DNA of 64,000 nucleotides, from the NCBI RefSeq assembly GCF_030144855.1, contig NC_082724.1, positions 21,886,001 through 21,950,000 of the forward strand, written 5' to 3'. The notes beneath the pieces are model-generated. The model saw only the letters and a list, made by a program, of their open reading frames with translations. It did not search any database and was not told the DNA's origin. Positions within the stretch are counted from its first letter, which is position 1. The number at the start of each line of letters is the position of its first letter. The DNA comes from Hypanus sabinus. Taxonomy: Eukaryota. The translations under genes were made by a program, and so were the position numbers. Positions 51,741-64,000 of this stretch are shown here, one piece after another.

Positions 51741-52849
51741 TGGCACCAAGTTTGAGCAACAGGCTGGTAAGGACATTGCGAAAATTGGAAATTGACTCAG
51801 ATTCTCTGAATTATGCTGTCAGGAGCCAGAGGCACTTGAGGAACAAGTGGATTAACAGTGGCATCCAAGATGGAAATGTAACAATGGAAAGAGCTGAATA
51901 TGTTCCAGCTGAAATCAGACTGGAAAAAAATTGAACTATTCAAAATTAAGGCACAAAGTTGAACAATGGAAGACAGTATAAAAAGATCCTCACTTAGCCT
52001 TCTGCAGGAAAGTGCTACACAACCATTGTTGGATTTCATTTGTTTTAAATCAATATGCCAGAGGAAGTTTTGCTCATTTAGTTCTTTGAGTTTAAGATAT
52101 GGTTGGCAGTAGTCACGTGGACAATTGAGGAAATGACAAAATGAGTGTCAGAGGGGCATTCATGTGTCTCTGGAATGCACCAAACTTTGCTGTATGGAAA
52201 GAAAAGGAGAAGAAAGAGACTGTGAAGTAAGTGAAGGGGTAGAGACAATTTTAGAATGTTAGGAGGTACAGATACATTTCTGCGCGCAACAAGATGAACC
52301 CATACCATTTGGATATACAATTTAGGAATAGTGCAGTGGGAGCTAGTCAGTGCAGAATATTTGTTATGAGGAATTTGTTCCTGATCCTTGAAAAGACTTT
52401 CAGCAGTAACAGAGAATCCCATAAACTGCAGGTGCAGAAAATCTGAAACAGAAAAAGAAAATGCTGAAACACTCAGGACACTTGAACAATGGAAAGAGAA
52501 AGAGACTTAATGTTTCAAGTCAGAAACTTTTCATCAGTCATGAGAACTCTCTGGAAAGTACATGAACATTTAAATCAAACAATTGGATGTTCATTGCATA
52601 AGAGCAAACTGGAGAGAGACTGTTGCGTATTCAACATGAGGTTGAGGATTAACAGAGAAGCATTGGCAGTTTAAATTCTGCAACTAAATCCAAAAAGCTA
52701 GATGCAAGTGTTTACTATTGACTCATCACATGTAAGTGATAATGGGGGCTGGGTGAATGTGCACTGAACTCCTCAAGTATTTCACTCTTTCTGTCACTAA
52801 GTTTAGGATTCTCAAAAGATGGGTAGTGGTTATTTCCAGGTATGGAAAG

Positions 52850-53945
52850 GGGCTTATTCCTTCAAGACTATAATTCCAAGCAAATGGTGCCAAACGCTGA
52901 GACCTGGGGATCAATGCCTCTTTCTGCAACTAGATCCTCAACTTCCTGATCAACAGTCCGCTCAGTAAAGCTAGGTAGCAACACTCCTGCCAGGATTGTT
53001 CTCAACACTGATGCTCCACATTGTTGCATCCTCATGGTTACATTCATGACAGCATGGCCAGTTTCTGCTTTAAATCTGATTTTCCAGATAACACCAATAA
53101 TCTGCCGAGGTACAGGAAGGCGATGGAAAGCTTAGAAACATGGCATCATAACAACAAACTTACTCTCTATGTCAGAAAATATAAGAATTGGCCATTGACT
53201 TCAGGAAGTGAGGGGGGGTGGGGAAGGAGTGGTATGCAGACACACCTGTCTTTATCAATGAGGTTGAGAGGGTTGAGAGTTTCAAGTTCCTAGGAGTGAA
53301 TGTCACCAACAGCTTGTCCCCTTCCAACCATATGGAACACCACAGCTTACCAAGAATGCCTCTATTTCCTCAGGAGCCTAAAGAAATTTGACACGTGCAT
53401 GTCAACCCTCACCAATTTTTACTGATGCATCATGTTTGGATGCATCACGGCTTGGAGTGGGAACTGCTGTGTCTGTGACCACATGGAACTGTAGAGATCT
53501 GGACACAACTTGGCACATTATAGAATCTAACCTCCCCTCCATGGATGTTGTCGACACTGCTCACTGCCGCAGTGAGTAGCCAGTGTAATCAAAGGCCCCA
53601 CCTTTCCCAAGCTTTCTGACTTCTTTCATCCACCCAAAAGCCTGAAAGCACATACCTCAGGGCTCAAGGAAAGCTTCTACCCCACTGTTACAAGACCACT
53701 GAATGTTATCAGACTATTGAATGGTTCCCTCCTATGATAAGGTGGACTCTTGACGTCACAGTCTACCTCATATGATCTTGTACCTTATTGCCTACCTGCA
53801 CTGCATTTCCTCTGTAGATGTTACATTTTATTCTGCTTTTTGTTATTATTTTACCTTGCACTGACTCCACACATTTGATAATAAATTCATCTGTATGCAG
53901 AGAATGCAAGACACGCTTTTCACTGCACCTAGGTATAGGTGACAT
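52850..53945 (+). mobile_element. Degraded Rex1/Babar LINE
   Basis: Relics of WILNFL, VERVESFKFLGV and the 3' UTR, homologous to 13850-14700. Confidence 0.7.
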
Positions 53946-54557
53946 TTTCAACTCCTATTGAAACCTTAATTGTTTTTTGACATTTCCAAGTCACCAGATG
54001 GGAGCACAATTGAACTCAGTCGTGAGATCAGTTTTCAGGTTCCCTTTATTCTTGTTACTTTATTCTTTTTAGCTGAAGTGCATTGTTTATCATTAGTTCT
54101 ACCTACTTTTTCTCCTCATTGATGGTGAATGGTTGCCTCTTCATGTTGGCTGATGGAAACCTGAGTCTACCATCTCTAAAACAACTTTCCAAATGGCTAT
54201 CAAGTCTTTAAAACTCCAAGTGAAGTTATCCTTGTGTTCCAATTTTTCTTGGTTAAGAAGTAACGAAACAGCTGAAACGAGCTTAAAGCAGTTTAGTAAA
54301 AATTTACAGATTTTTACACTGGGTGCTGCTGAACATTAACTTGTTGCAAACTGCAGAAAGTTGCATATTGAGTTTAGGGCTGCTTAAATGGTCAGGAGAA
54401 AAATATGAGCTCCCTAAGTTACAAAGAATTATTAATTTTCATTTCTTTGTCACCTAGGTAATCATTACTTTGTATCCATCTATCACAATTTAAAGGTGGA
54501 AGAAATAATGAATGTACAAGAAATTTAGTGAATGGTAACCTTTTGTTTTATTTTAAG

Positions 54558-54641
54558 TATTTAGAAGGAAAGAGGAGGATAAAACCCAGCTATAAAAGTG
54601 TTGACCTTTCGGAACTGGAATGGGAAGACAAGGATAACATC
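54558..54641 (+). CDS. CACNA2D3: CACNA2D3 exon (84 nt): YLEGKRRIKPSYKSVDLSELEWEDKDNI
   Basis: ttttgttttattttaag| acceptor and ATC|gtaagt donor; contains the SVDLSE.EWED motif. Confidence 0.94.
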
Positions 54642-55919
54642 GTAAGTCACTATTTTGTCAGGTTTTCTTTTGTAATCGCAAAAGCAGTATTTCAAGATAG
54701 GTTTTTGACTTTGTGTTTACAATGCTCTATATCCATCAGATAGATGAGCGTCAAATGCAAGTGTACTTTAAACTTTTAAATTAAATACATTCAAATTTCA
54801 GTTATCCGATGTCAGCATGTATTATTCCCCATGAGAAAATGTAATCAAAATACATTGTAATCATTGTTAAGTCTTTATACAGTGCTACATCTGTCATAGC
54901 TCTTTCCACAAAAGAGCAAAATAAATTGCTGGAAGCACTTGTGGAGAAAATAGGAATAATTACATTTTGCATTGTGATTTTTTTCCAAAAATAATAAATA
55001 AATGAGATGTACAAGCAGAATTGGGAACTCAAAGGCACATTAAAAAAGTACAGTAGGAAGACGATAGAAAGCCTTCTCACTATTCTTAAACCACCAAAGC
55101 AGCCTAAAAAAAGCTCGATTTCATGAAAATGTCCTGAAGATGTCTTAGTTTCACTGGGATTTCCTCAACCAATAGAATGTAACACACTATGTAAGCCATT
55201 CAGTTCCATAATTCGCTGCATAAACTGACATTTCTTACCTTATAAATCTTAAAAAGCAGCTCACTGTATGTAAAACACTTTGACGTGCATTAACAACCCT
55301 ACTATTTTACTATTTTCTTTCCTACTGATTTCACTTTTCAGTAATTTGCACTATTTTAAGGTTTGCCCAGTTGTTCTAATTCAGCCAGGGGATGGAATTG
55401 TCTCTTTGCATTCGTAACCTATTGATTCCCTTTTGCATTTTGAACTCTTTGCTTGGATATGCTCCAGCTCTCTGAGCTGAAGGAATTGAAGCCAAATTTA
55501 CAAATCCAATCAACGTACTTTAACTGTTTATCTCTTCATTATTCTGGTTAATCAGCAATGAAATCTTTTCAAAGCATTCCTAAAGTGTGGTGCCTGGAGT
55601 TGAAAGTCATACTCCAGCTTGAATTTAATCAAGGCTCTGTTTAAATGAAAGAGCGCTTTTGCATTTTATGCATTCCTCTCTTCTTCAGCTGAAGTCCAAC
55701 GTTCTTTTAGATGGTTTGATTCTTTTTTAGTGTTTACCTGTTCATTAATTTTGATATTATTTAATTTTCATATTATCTTTTAAAGAAAAATCTTAATGGA
55801 GCTTTTGAGGATGGAAGAAATTTACCGTTTCATCTAAACAGATCTGTGGTTAATTGTCTTTTTGTTCCACACTTCACCATTCCCTCATTTAAATAATAGA
55901 ATTCTGCAAATCCTGAATA

Positions 55920-56510
55920 TACAAGACCATAAGACCGTGAAATATAAGAGCAGAATTAGGCCATTTGGCCAATTGAGTCTGCTGCACCATTTCATCATAA
56001 CTGATCCTTTTTCCCTCTTTGCCCCAATCTCCTGCCTTCTCCCCATATCCCTTCATGCTCTGACCAGTCAAGAATCAATCAACCAGACTTTCACAGCTGT
56101 CTGTGGCAATGAGTTCCACAAATTCCCCACTTTCTGGCTTAAGAAATCCCTCCTCATCTCCATTTTAAAAGGATGCCCCTCTATTCTGAGTGTGTCCTCC
56201 GGTCCTAGATTCTTCCACCATAAGAAACATCCAGTCCACATCCACTCCATCAAGGCCTTTCACCATTTGATGGGTTTCAATTAGATCATCCCTCATTCTT
56301 CTGAATAGCAGTGAATACAAATCCAGAGCCATTAAACATTCTTCGTATGACAAGCCTGGAATAATTTTCATGGAGCTCCTTTGAACTCACTCCAGTTTCA
56401 GGATCTCCTTTCTAAGATAGTGGGCCCAAGCCTACTCACAATGCTCCAGGAGAGGAGGCCTCACCAGTGCTTTATGAAGCCTCAATATTCCATTCTGGCT
56501 TTTATATTGC
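55920..56510 (-). mobile_element. CR1 LINE 3' fragment
   Basis: Minus-strand GLSYEECLMALDLYSL.FRRMR.DLIE; inverse homolog of 50800-51420. Confidence 0.88.
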
Positions 56511-57798
56511 CATGTTCTATATCTGTCAAAATCTGTTAAATTTGAGATTTAAGACCCATCATTTTTTTCCATTAGCAGTTTTTTAAATTTATCAACTTTG
56601 CATATTTACTATCCTGGTGATCCCAATTAAATGCCTTACTCTATAAACGAGTGACTTTGCAGGGGTATGCAGAAACCCGGTCTATATCCACATCTACAGA
56701 AAAATAATGTGCTATGTGGTAGGGTAATTCTAGAGTATGTTACATGGATGGCACAACATTGTGGGCCAAAGGGTCTGCAGATTTTTTCTGTTTCTATGTT
56801 TCTAAAGCAAAAATCTCATATTAGGTTTAAATTAAAAATGCATGGAATTTAAACATAACATGGTTAAGTGTTTTGGCAAAGACTAGATGGGTTGAAGGGT
56901 CTGTTTCTTTTGTAAAATTTTCTATGACTCTAAATGCTGATGTGACAGATGCACCTATTCCATATGAAGAAAAGGTATTATTAGAAAATTTATGGCCACC
57001 TCATCCTTTCATACTGTGCTATATATAGATTAATCTTTTAGCTGTTCTCTTCTCTCAACCTCTTATTAATATAAGCCCAGAAGAGTATTTTATCTAATGA
57101 ACAGGCATCAGTTGCACAATAGATGACACGAGTTTTAAGATAAATATTTTTGAATTTAAGGTTCTAGCTGGGGACTGAGCGTATATCCTTAACTCAAGAT
57201 ACTACTTGTAATTTTCAAATTATTCCAAATATAGTGACCCTTACAGGAGGGGAAGTTGTGACAGTCCATATCATGGTTTTGTTTCCACATAAATTCCGTG
57301 AGAGTGAATTTTAATCTGTATCTCAAATTTTCGGGTAGTGATTTGGGAATTCTGTAAGAGCAAATTTCATAATACATTGGTGACCCATGCTTACAGAAGT
57401 GTGAGGAGTAAATTGTAGTCAGGAATCTTGGCACATGGGCTTCCAGGCCCTCAGAAGCAAGTCAGAAAATTACTTGTGTGGAATGTTTCTGCTACCAACT
57501 ACGATTTCCAGCATCTTCTATATATTTAATGAGTACATTGTGGAAATTTCCACATTGTGTTTCTCCATGTTTAATCTTAAAAATGATAAGACTCCACTAT
57601 ATATTTAAATATAATTATTTTTATTATCACTTTATTTATAGATTATTTGTAGTTGGCATTCACTGCTTTATTCATAGTTCAATTTCGGTGCCCATAATTA
57701 AGCTATTCTACCAATTCTACAGGGCTGGCTAAGAATATTTTCTAAGTGGTAAATATCAAGGTTCTGTGAGAATATTAATTACTTGCACAATTTCATAG

Positions 57799-57870
57799 CT
57801 TCGCAATGGTATGGTAAACCGGAAAACGGGGAAATTTTCTATGGAGGTGAAAAAGACTGTGGAGAAAGGG
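57799..57870 (+). CDS. CACNA2D3: CACNA2D3 exon (72 nt): LRNGMVNRKTGKFSMEVKKTVEKG
   Basis: tttcatag| acceptor and GGG|gtaaga donor; near-identical to the alpha2delta-3 peptide I recall. Confidence 0.95.
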
Positions 57871-57949
57871 GTAAGACATTTCTTCCTCTCTGGTTAAACA
57901 GAAAAATCTCTGTACCAAACTGTCCTGTTTTGTATTGGAATTCACGTCT

Positions 57950-58280
57950 ACAAGATTCAATATTGTTTGTTGTCACTCTTCAGTACACAAGTGTACAGGA
58001 GAACCAAATAATTGTTGCTGCAGGTCCGATGTAGCATGAAAAACGAAAGAGGCATAAAGAATATGATAAAAACAGCAAAAAAAGAAATCACAATACAAAT
58101 AAATATGAAAACAATTCTACAAAGTGCAAAGTCCATGTAACAGTTTGAGTGTGGATTTATATACATTAGATTATACTTATATATATTGTGATTGTATGTA
58201 CAGGGCAAGAAGTGATGCTAGGTGCGGGAGTGCCTGTACATAAGGACACTCTGACAGGAAATGATAAAGTGATAATGTGA
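57950..58280 (-). mobile_element. LINE 3' tail (Rex1/Babar-like)
   Basis: caagattcaatattgtttgttgtcactcttcagtacac is a typical inverted LINE tail; starts about 80 bp after an exon. Confidence 0.5.
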
Positions 58281-59721
58281 TTCTTGGCAAGAGGAACTAC
58301 TCGAGGTAGCAGCTGGGCAAATAAAAACACATTAGGACAGTGACTGCGTCAATGTAGGTCTCCTGATAATTTTAGCGAAAAGGCAGTAACTCACTCTGGA
58401 GAGCTTAGACTTAACCAACACTGTACTCATGAATCTTAGTTGTTATTGATAACATAGGAGAAGATAAAATGATTTTTCTATCTTGGTCTATGGAAAGCAC
58501 TTTGAACTGCCTTGTGTTTGAAAAGTGCTATACAAATAAACGCTTCCTTCTTGATATAAAATAACTTCTGGAAGTTCATTTCTATAAATTTGGTCAAATA
58601 CAAATATTGATAATACATAGTTTTACAGATTAGTTTAAAGGGAGTAATATTTACATACTCCATTTGTAAAAAGCTGGTAAGATCTAATTTTATGTCACAC
58701 CCAATTTGGCTATCCATTTTCTTCAATGGAGCTAAATAATTTTAAAGCATAGACAATGTTTAGCATAGTTTCACCAAGATGACACCAAGAATGGGAATTT
58801 ACTATTAATGGATAGAAACTAAAGATTCTGTATTTCTACTAGTGAGACTAGTGACATCTAAAAGATGTCTCGGGTTTTTTAAAACTCTGAGAAGTGTAGA
58901 GAAGGTATTCAGGTTATTGAAAAGGAGACATGATTTAAAATTACTACTGAAAGAATAAAGTTATTCATACAAAGACTGTTGGAGCATTGAATGTTTTACC
59001 ATGTGGAGTGGCTGACCTAGCAATCTTTGCACCCTTAAGGAAGAGTTAACAAGGTTTATAGTGGGCACTGATATTGTTTCTGAATTGCTTTGCATGTAAC
59101 TTAGCAAAAGCTCAGTTGATTAATGCTTAATTTCAACATAATTGTATTAATTGTTTCAGGCCATATTTATAAAACTGTACTTTAGTTGTTCTTTTGAGGG
59201 TATAATTTTAGATTTTACTTTGGTACATTTTCACGTAACTGCTTACTCAGTTTTACAGTGTTGCATTCAAAATTGGCATTAGATTATTTAACCTGTTGCA
59301 CAAAGGATTGTAGTAGTGTATTATGAACACATGGGTGAAATTGTCCTTGAAGTATGGATTTAAGAATAGACAGAAGATATGGATGTGGCACAGTTGAAAT
59401 TGTTGAGATAAGATATATGATTTAGAGCAGCACGCGTTAAGACAAAACAGAAAACACAGAAGCATTTTAATCATCTTGTACTTTTGAATTATTGGTTCAA
59501 ATTTCAGACTTTGGTGTTCAGGATTTATTGCATGGTACCACCAATTACTTGGATAATTTTAAAGACAGTTTAGAACTGATAAGTCTGGTGAAGTTTCAAG
59601 GATGTTTGCAGCAAAGATATTAAGTAATATTCTACAGTGGTGACATGAGTTACAGACATTGAAGTAATCCAATCTCTAGTAATTTGTCTGCTTGTTACCA
59701 CTCCTTTATTTTTCATGTTAG

Positions 59722-59783
59722 AAACGAGTCTTTGTGATGACAAATGATTACTATTACACAGACATCAAAGGCACTCCTTTCAG
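59722..59783 (+). CDS. CACNA2D3: CACNA2D3 exon (62 nt): KRVFVMTNDYYYTDIKGTPF(S)
   Basis: catgttag| acceptor and CAG|gtaagt donor; ends in phase 2. Confidence 0.96.
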
Positions 59784-59882
59784 GTAAGTTTAATCGTTTT
59801 TCCACTTACTAAGCATCTTTTTCTTAATTGAGGTAAAAATATTGATGCCAGCATATAATCACCTCCATTCTCCTGTATATAG

Positions 59883-59950
59883 TCTAGGTGTGGCTTTATC
59901 TCGAGGGCATGGGAAATACTACTTCCAGGGAAACGTTACAATAGAAGAAG
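59883..59950 (+). CDS. CACNA2D3: CACNA2D3 exon (68 nt): (S)LGVALSRGHGKYYFQGNVTIEE(G)
   Basis: tatatag| acceptor and AAG|gtatga donor; phase is continuous with the previous exon across a 99-nt intron. Confidence 0.95.
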
Positions 59951-60799
59951 GTATGATTACAGCTGCAAAGTAATACTGAAAGTATGAGCAGAGAGTGGTA
60001 AGCAAACACAAACCAGCAGATCAGTAGATGCAAATTTTATAATGGTACAGAAGTTAAAGGGGTTGGTTTAATTTTATGAATGTGTGCAATTCTTTAAATA
60101 GCAGCCTTTAATAACAGTGTCATTTCCAACTCAAACACACACTGAAGCTGTTTTTTAGTTTCCATTCTAGGGCAGGGAGCTCAGTCATCACCTCTTGAAT
60201 TATGCATGAGGTCTGACTTGGTACAGCCTTCTGATAGGAAATTTACTTTTAAAAAAAGTAAGTTTTTTTAATAAAATAAAAATGATTTGTTTTTCTGAAC
60301 TGAGAGACAAGGCTTGTCAAGCTATCAAAGTCTGGCAGAGCATTTCAGAATTGGGGCCATCGGCTGCTGTTTAAAGCACGATCCCAAAATGCTGGATGTT
60401 GAGGATCTTCAAAGTAGGCAGTTCATCTCTGGACAAGGTCTGTACCAGCAAGATGGTACATTACTGCACAATTATCTGTTGAATTTCCTTTGCCAGTTAT
60501 CCCATTATTGGGGTCAGCTATAATTTGTTGCAACCTGAAATTTGTTGTCTATTTCTCCCAATTCACCATTGTAAATTTAGAAATTTAGAAATTATATTTC
60601 AAATGCATGATAGTGAATAAGGACTCACTGAAGAATCACATAGCGTCATGATCGGTCAGGCTTTCAGATATAAAGATAGGAACTGGCCATTCACTCCCAG
60701 GTCAGTTTACATGTCACACCTGATTTGCTTTGTAACTGCATTTGCTCTCTTGCTTTCCTTAATAATTTTGCCTTTCCGGAGTCTAACATTGTCTGTTCT

Positions 60800-61200
60800 G
60801 TATGTTCAATTGACCTAGCCCTAAATCCTTTGGGAATTGATTCCTCACTTCCTACCATATGAAGAATACTCACTCTTGAATTGTCTTGTTCTAATCTTGA
60901 GGCCATGTCCTTCCAGCTCTGTGATCTACCATCAGAGGAAATGGTTTCCCTATATTGACTATTGACTTTAATGATCTTAAACAGCACAGTTGTATCACCC
61001 CTCCAAGGGAATCCAGTTTCAGTCAATCCTCTTAGCCTTGGTGGAATAGTGGTGTGAATTGACACAACTCCACCAAGGCAAATGTATTCCTGCAAAGACG
61101 TAGAACTCTGTGGATGGGGTCTAATCAGAGTTGTACCAAGAACTCCACAAATCCAACCTCTTCGAAATAAAGGCCAGCAAACCATTACCCTTTAATCTAC
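60800..61200 (-). mobile_element. Old degraded CR1 3' fragment
   Basis: Minus-strand relics TLIRPH, RLRGL and RGDT..LFKIIK. Confidence 0.5.
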
Positions 61201-62667
61201 TTCTTGTGTCTATAGATGAATTACTTATTTTCAATCACTGAAGTACTGGCTGCTGTTCTTTTTCTGAAGAGAAGGCACTATTTCTCTCAGAAACTTTGCC
61301 AAACTGTAAATGCAGGGGTGCAGGGTTCAATTGAGCAATTCAGATTATGTACCAAGCAATCAAATCAAACTGGAATCTTTGAGGTTCCGCTTTGGATTCC
61401 AAACAACTGAGCCCAGAAGACTTTCATCAGAAATCTGTACTGCAAAGCGAGGAATATGGAAGAAGAAAATGAATTAATAAAGAACCGAAGTGAGGGCCAA
61501 AATATTAGCAGGATATTTAAAATGTAAAAGAGGAGACATGTAAATGATTAACTTCGCTCACCTGAATCTTTATGAAAGGTCGATCCTGATAACTCACCTC
61601 AGTGACACTCATTCCCTTCAAAGTGTTGAAGGTTTCGCATATGTGCTGTGGAGTTTTACAGTCATTCACAGAATTTAGTTGTAGGGATGGTGAACTTTTG
61701 GCACGCGTGCCCAAGGTGGCATGGACAATGATTTGTTGGCATGCAGTGCCACCCTTTGATTTTTTAAATCCCACCCATAATAAAAAGATACATAATGATT
61801 ATCTTTACTGCCAAATGAAGCAGAAAGTGATTTTTTACAACCCAAGGCAGTGAAATTTCTCACACTGGTGGTGCCAGCTAGGTTGTTGGTGAGTTTGTGA
61901 CATTAGATGATGCATTTTGAAATCCTCGCAGACTTGGTGTGTGCCTGTATTTGGATAATAAATGGTTGGGCCAGTTGGTGTTGGCTTCACTTGGCTTATG
62001 TTTTATCTAATGTCATTTGTGAGTGAACACTGGATTTTCAGTGATAATATCAGTAAATACTCTATATAGTTTGGTGCCTCCATGAATATTTTTCGCAATG
62101 AACACACTGGATTTATATTAGCTTTAATTAGTTTTATTAATGAGATATTTTTAAATTGTATTTACCCTTTTCAGCTTGTTCAGAATGTCAGAAACACCAC
62201 CAAAAAAATAACATTCAAATAATGGGAGAAGCAGCAGAGATTTTCAAGATTGGTGGAGTGAAAGATTTGGCATGATATAATGGGTGATAAAGCATAATGC
62301 ATTTTATGTTCCAAACAGTAGTGTGCAGGGCTTCCTCTGTAAAGCAGCATGATGAACTCATTCAATCACAAATGGCTTTGTGATAAGAAGTGAGGGAGAA
62401 CAAAAAGAAGCCATTGCTCAACAAATCAGCAGCAAATACAAATGCAGTCATGTATTTTGATGTCACTTATTTCAGGTATCTTATTTGCTGCTAGTTTTGA
62501 GGTTTCAAAGATTATTGTTCATCAAAAAAACAACTCCGTGATAAGGAATATTTTAAAAAATGGTGTCTAAAGTGTGCTCCTTTCAGTTATGGCAATTTTC
62601 CAGAAAATGAAATTCAGTCTGTATCGGTTATACTTTTATTAATAGTACAACAATACATGTAAATAAT

Positions 62668-63045
62668 CAAAGTTCAAAGTTAAATTTATTATCAAAGTAC
62701 ATATATGTCACCATATACAACTCTGAGATTCATTTTCTTGCAGGAATACTCAATAAATCTATAGAATAATAAACTCGCATTAAGACTGTCCAATTTGGGC
62801 ATTTAATCAGAGTTAAGACAACAACAAACTGCAAATATAAAGAGAAGGAAATAATAATTATTATAAATAAATAGTCAATAAAAATCATGAAATGAAGAGT
62901 CCTTGGAAGTGAGTCCATTGGTTGTGGGAACAGGTTAGTGAAGGGGCAAGTGGAGTTGAGTGAAGTTATCTCGTTTGGTTCAAGAGCCTGATGGTTGAGG
63001 GGTAATAACTGTTCCTGAACCTGATGGTGTGAGTCCTGAGGCCCC
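62668..63045 (-). mobile_element. Rex1/Babar LINE 3' tail
   Basis: Inverse homolog of 14630-15015. Confidence 0.85.
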
Positions 63046-63287
63046 TGTTCAACAGGGTTCATAGACTTTTCTTAAAAACGCTCACAATTATTGCTACAAA
63101 TTTACTAATCACTGAGGGTTAATCTCTGCCCAAAATTACCATGGAGCTGGAGAAAATTTTTTAGAAGATTATTGCCAATTTGGGCACATGCTCTCAAAAA
63201 GATTCACCACTCCTGGTTGATGATATAGTTCATATGTTTTTGATGAATGACAATAACAGTTTATCTGTTTACTTTGTTTGACTTCAG

Positions 63288-63333
63288 GTTTGCATGACCT
63301 GGATCACCCAGATTTATCATTGATGGAGGACTG
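63288..63333 (+). CDS. CACNA2D3: CACNA2D3 exon (46 nt): (G)LHDLDHPDLSLMED(W)
   Basis: tttgtttgacttcag| acceptor and CTG|gtaaga donor; contains the GLHDL.HPD.SL motif. Confidence 0.94.
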
Positions 63334-63379
63334 GTAAGAAATCCTGAGCTCTGAATTACTATGGCAGGGTACATTACAG

Positions 63380-63607
63380 CATCTGGTCACCTATCTGCAA
63401 GAAAGATATCAATCATATTGAAAGAGTGCAGAGAAAATTTACAAGGATGTTGCTGGGACATGAGTAACAGAGAAAGGTTGATTAGCTTTAGACTTTATTC
63501 CCTAGAGCATAGGGGATGAAGGGAGATTTGATAGTACAAAATTATGAGGGGCATAGACAGGTTAAGTACATGCAGGCTTTCTCTGCTGAGGTTGGGTGAG
63601 ACTGGAA
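63380..63607 (+). mobile_element. CR1 LINE fragment
   Basis: IERVQRKFTRML and GDLI..KIMRGIDR motifs; interrupted at gagactggaa by a hAT element. Confidence 0.8.
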
Positions 63608-63765
63608 CAGGCATGGGCAAACTACGGCCCGGGGGCCATATGCGGCCCATTAAGCTTTTTAATCCGGCCCGCAGAACTTTATGAAATTATATTAATAAAC
63701 CTTGTTAACATTTTTTCCCCGCAATTCTGGTGTTTTCCCAATAGATGACGCACTCTATATACATT
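63608..63765. mobile_element. hAT (Charlie-like) element, left end
   Basis: CAGGCATGGGCAAACTACGGCCCGGGGGCCATATGCGGCCC...ATCCGGCCCGC: the terminus and CGGCCC subterminal repeats are typical of Charlie/hAT MITEs. Confidence 0.72.
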
Positions 63766-64000
63766 TGTGGCGACCCATTTCCTAGCACATCCGAACCGGC
63801 TCACAGTTAGCCAGCGTTCCGGCTAAGGGAGATAGCCTGCGGGGATTTGTGAGCACAGAGCTTTGGAGCCTCTGCGCCACGGGGGGGCAGGTTGAGGGAG
63901 GCTTAAAAGTGAGGCTGGGGATTTCGAATAAAGTTTTTTTTCTTCAACTGCAGTTACCGACTCCGTGTCGTAATTTTAGCGCTCTATGTAGCACACCGCT
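63766..64000 (+). mobile_element. LTR (Gypsy-like), runs off the window end
   Basis: Starts TGTGGCG; TATA-like CTTAAAAG at about 63902; AATAAA at 63927-63932; the window ends ...CACCGCT, consistent with a CGCTACA terminus. Confidence 0.68.

Noticed and set aside
53751-53758. Second TGACGTCA (CRE)
   Set aside because: An isolated octamer within a decayed LINE 3' UTR with no supporting context.
1151-63287. Nested LRTM1-like gene (LRTM1 lies in an intron of mammalian CACNA2D3)
   Set aside because: No leucine-rich-repeat ORF on either strand; if present it would lie outside this window.
1017-63333. CACNA2D4 as an alternative identity
   Set aside because: [12 protein letters not shown].., NRKTGKFSMEVKKTV and GNVTIEEGLHDL match my recollection of alpha2delta-3 better than alpha2delta-4; a phylogeny would confirm.
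1-64000. CRISPR arrays, rRNA, tRNA genes or prokaryotic operons
   Set aside because: The DNA is eukaryotic and intronic with no repeat-spacer arrays; the only tRNA-like sequence seen is the decayed SINE head near 44750-44816.

Overview
AT-rich vertebrate genomic DNA, inferred from its repeat families to be a cartilaginous fish (probably a ray). The window lies inside one + strand gene, CACNA2D3 (voltage-gated calcium channel auxiliary subunit alpha2delta-3). Ten GT-AG exons (134, 18, 72, 81, 75, 84, 72, 62, 68 and 46 nt; 712 nt in total) splice into one open frame: [238 protein letters not shown]. The gene starts and ends outside the window. The recognisable ORFs in the supplied track are mostly pieces of transposable elements; the rest look like chance ORFs. 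The introns hold many CR1 and Rex1/Babar LINE fragments, V-SINEs, a piggyBac-type MITE, a young solo LTR and a CR1<hAT<LTR nest. They also hold a Penelope element and a family of short Penelope-derived palindromic insertions with 10-13 bp target-site duplications and minimal hammerhead-ribozyme-like motifs. The most interesting items are the 18-nt microexon in the dCache ligand pocket, the hammerhead-bearing Penelope-derived family, the CRE-carrying solo LTR and an unidentified decayed coding-like segment at about 17.8-18.7 kb. I see no clear evidence of a wholly new multi-gene system. Repeat family names come from motif recognition without a database search, and repeat boundaries are approximate unless a TSD is given.
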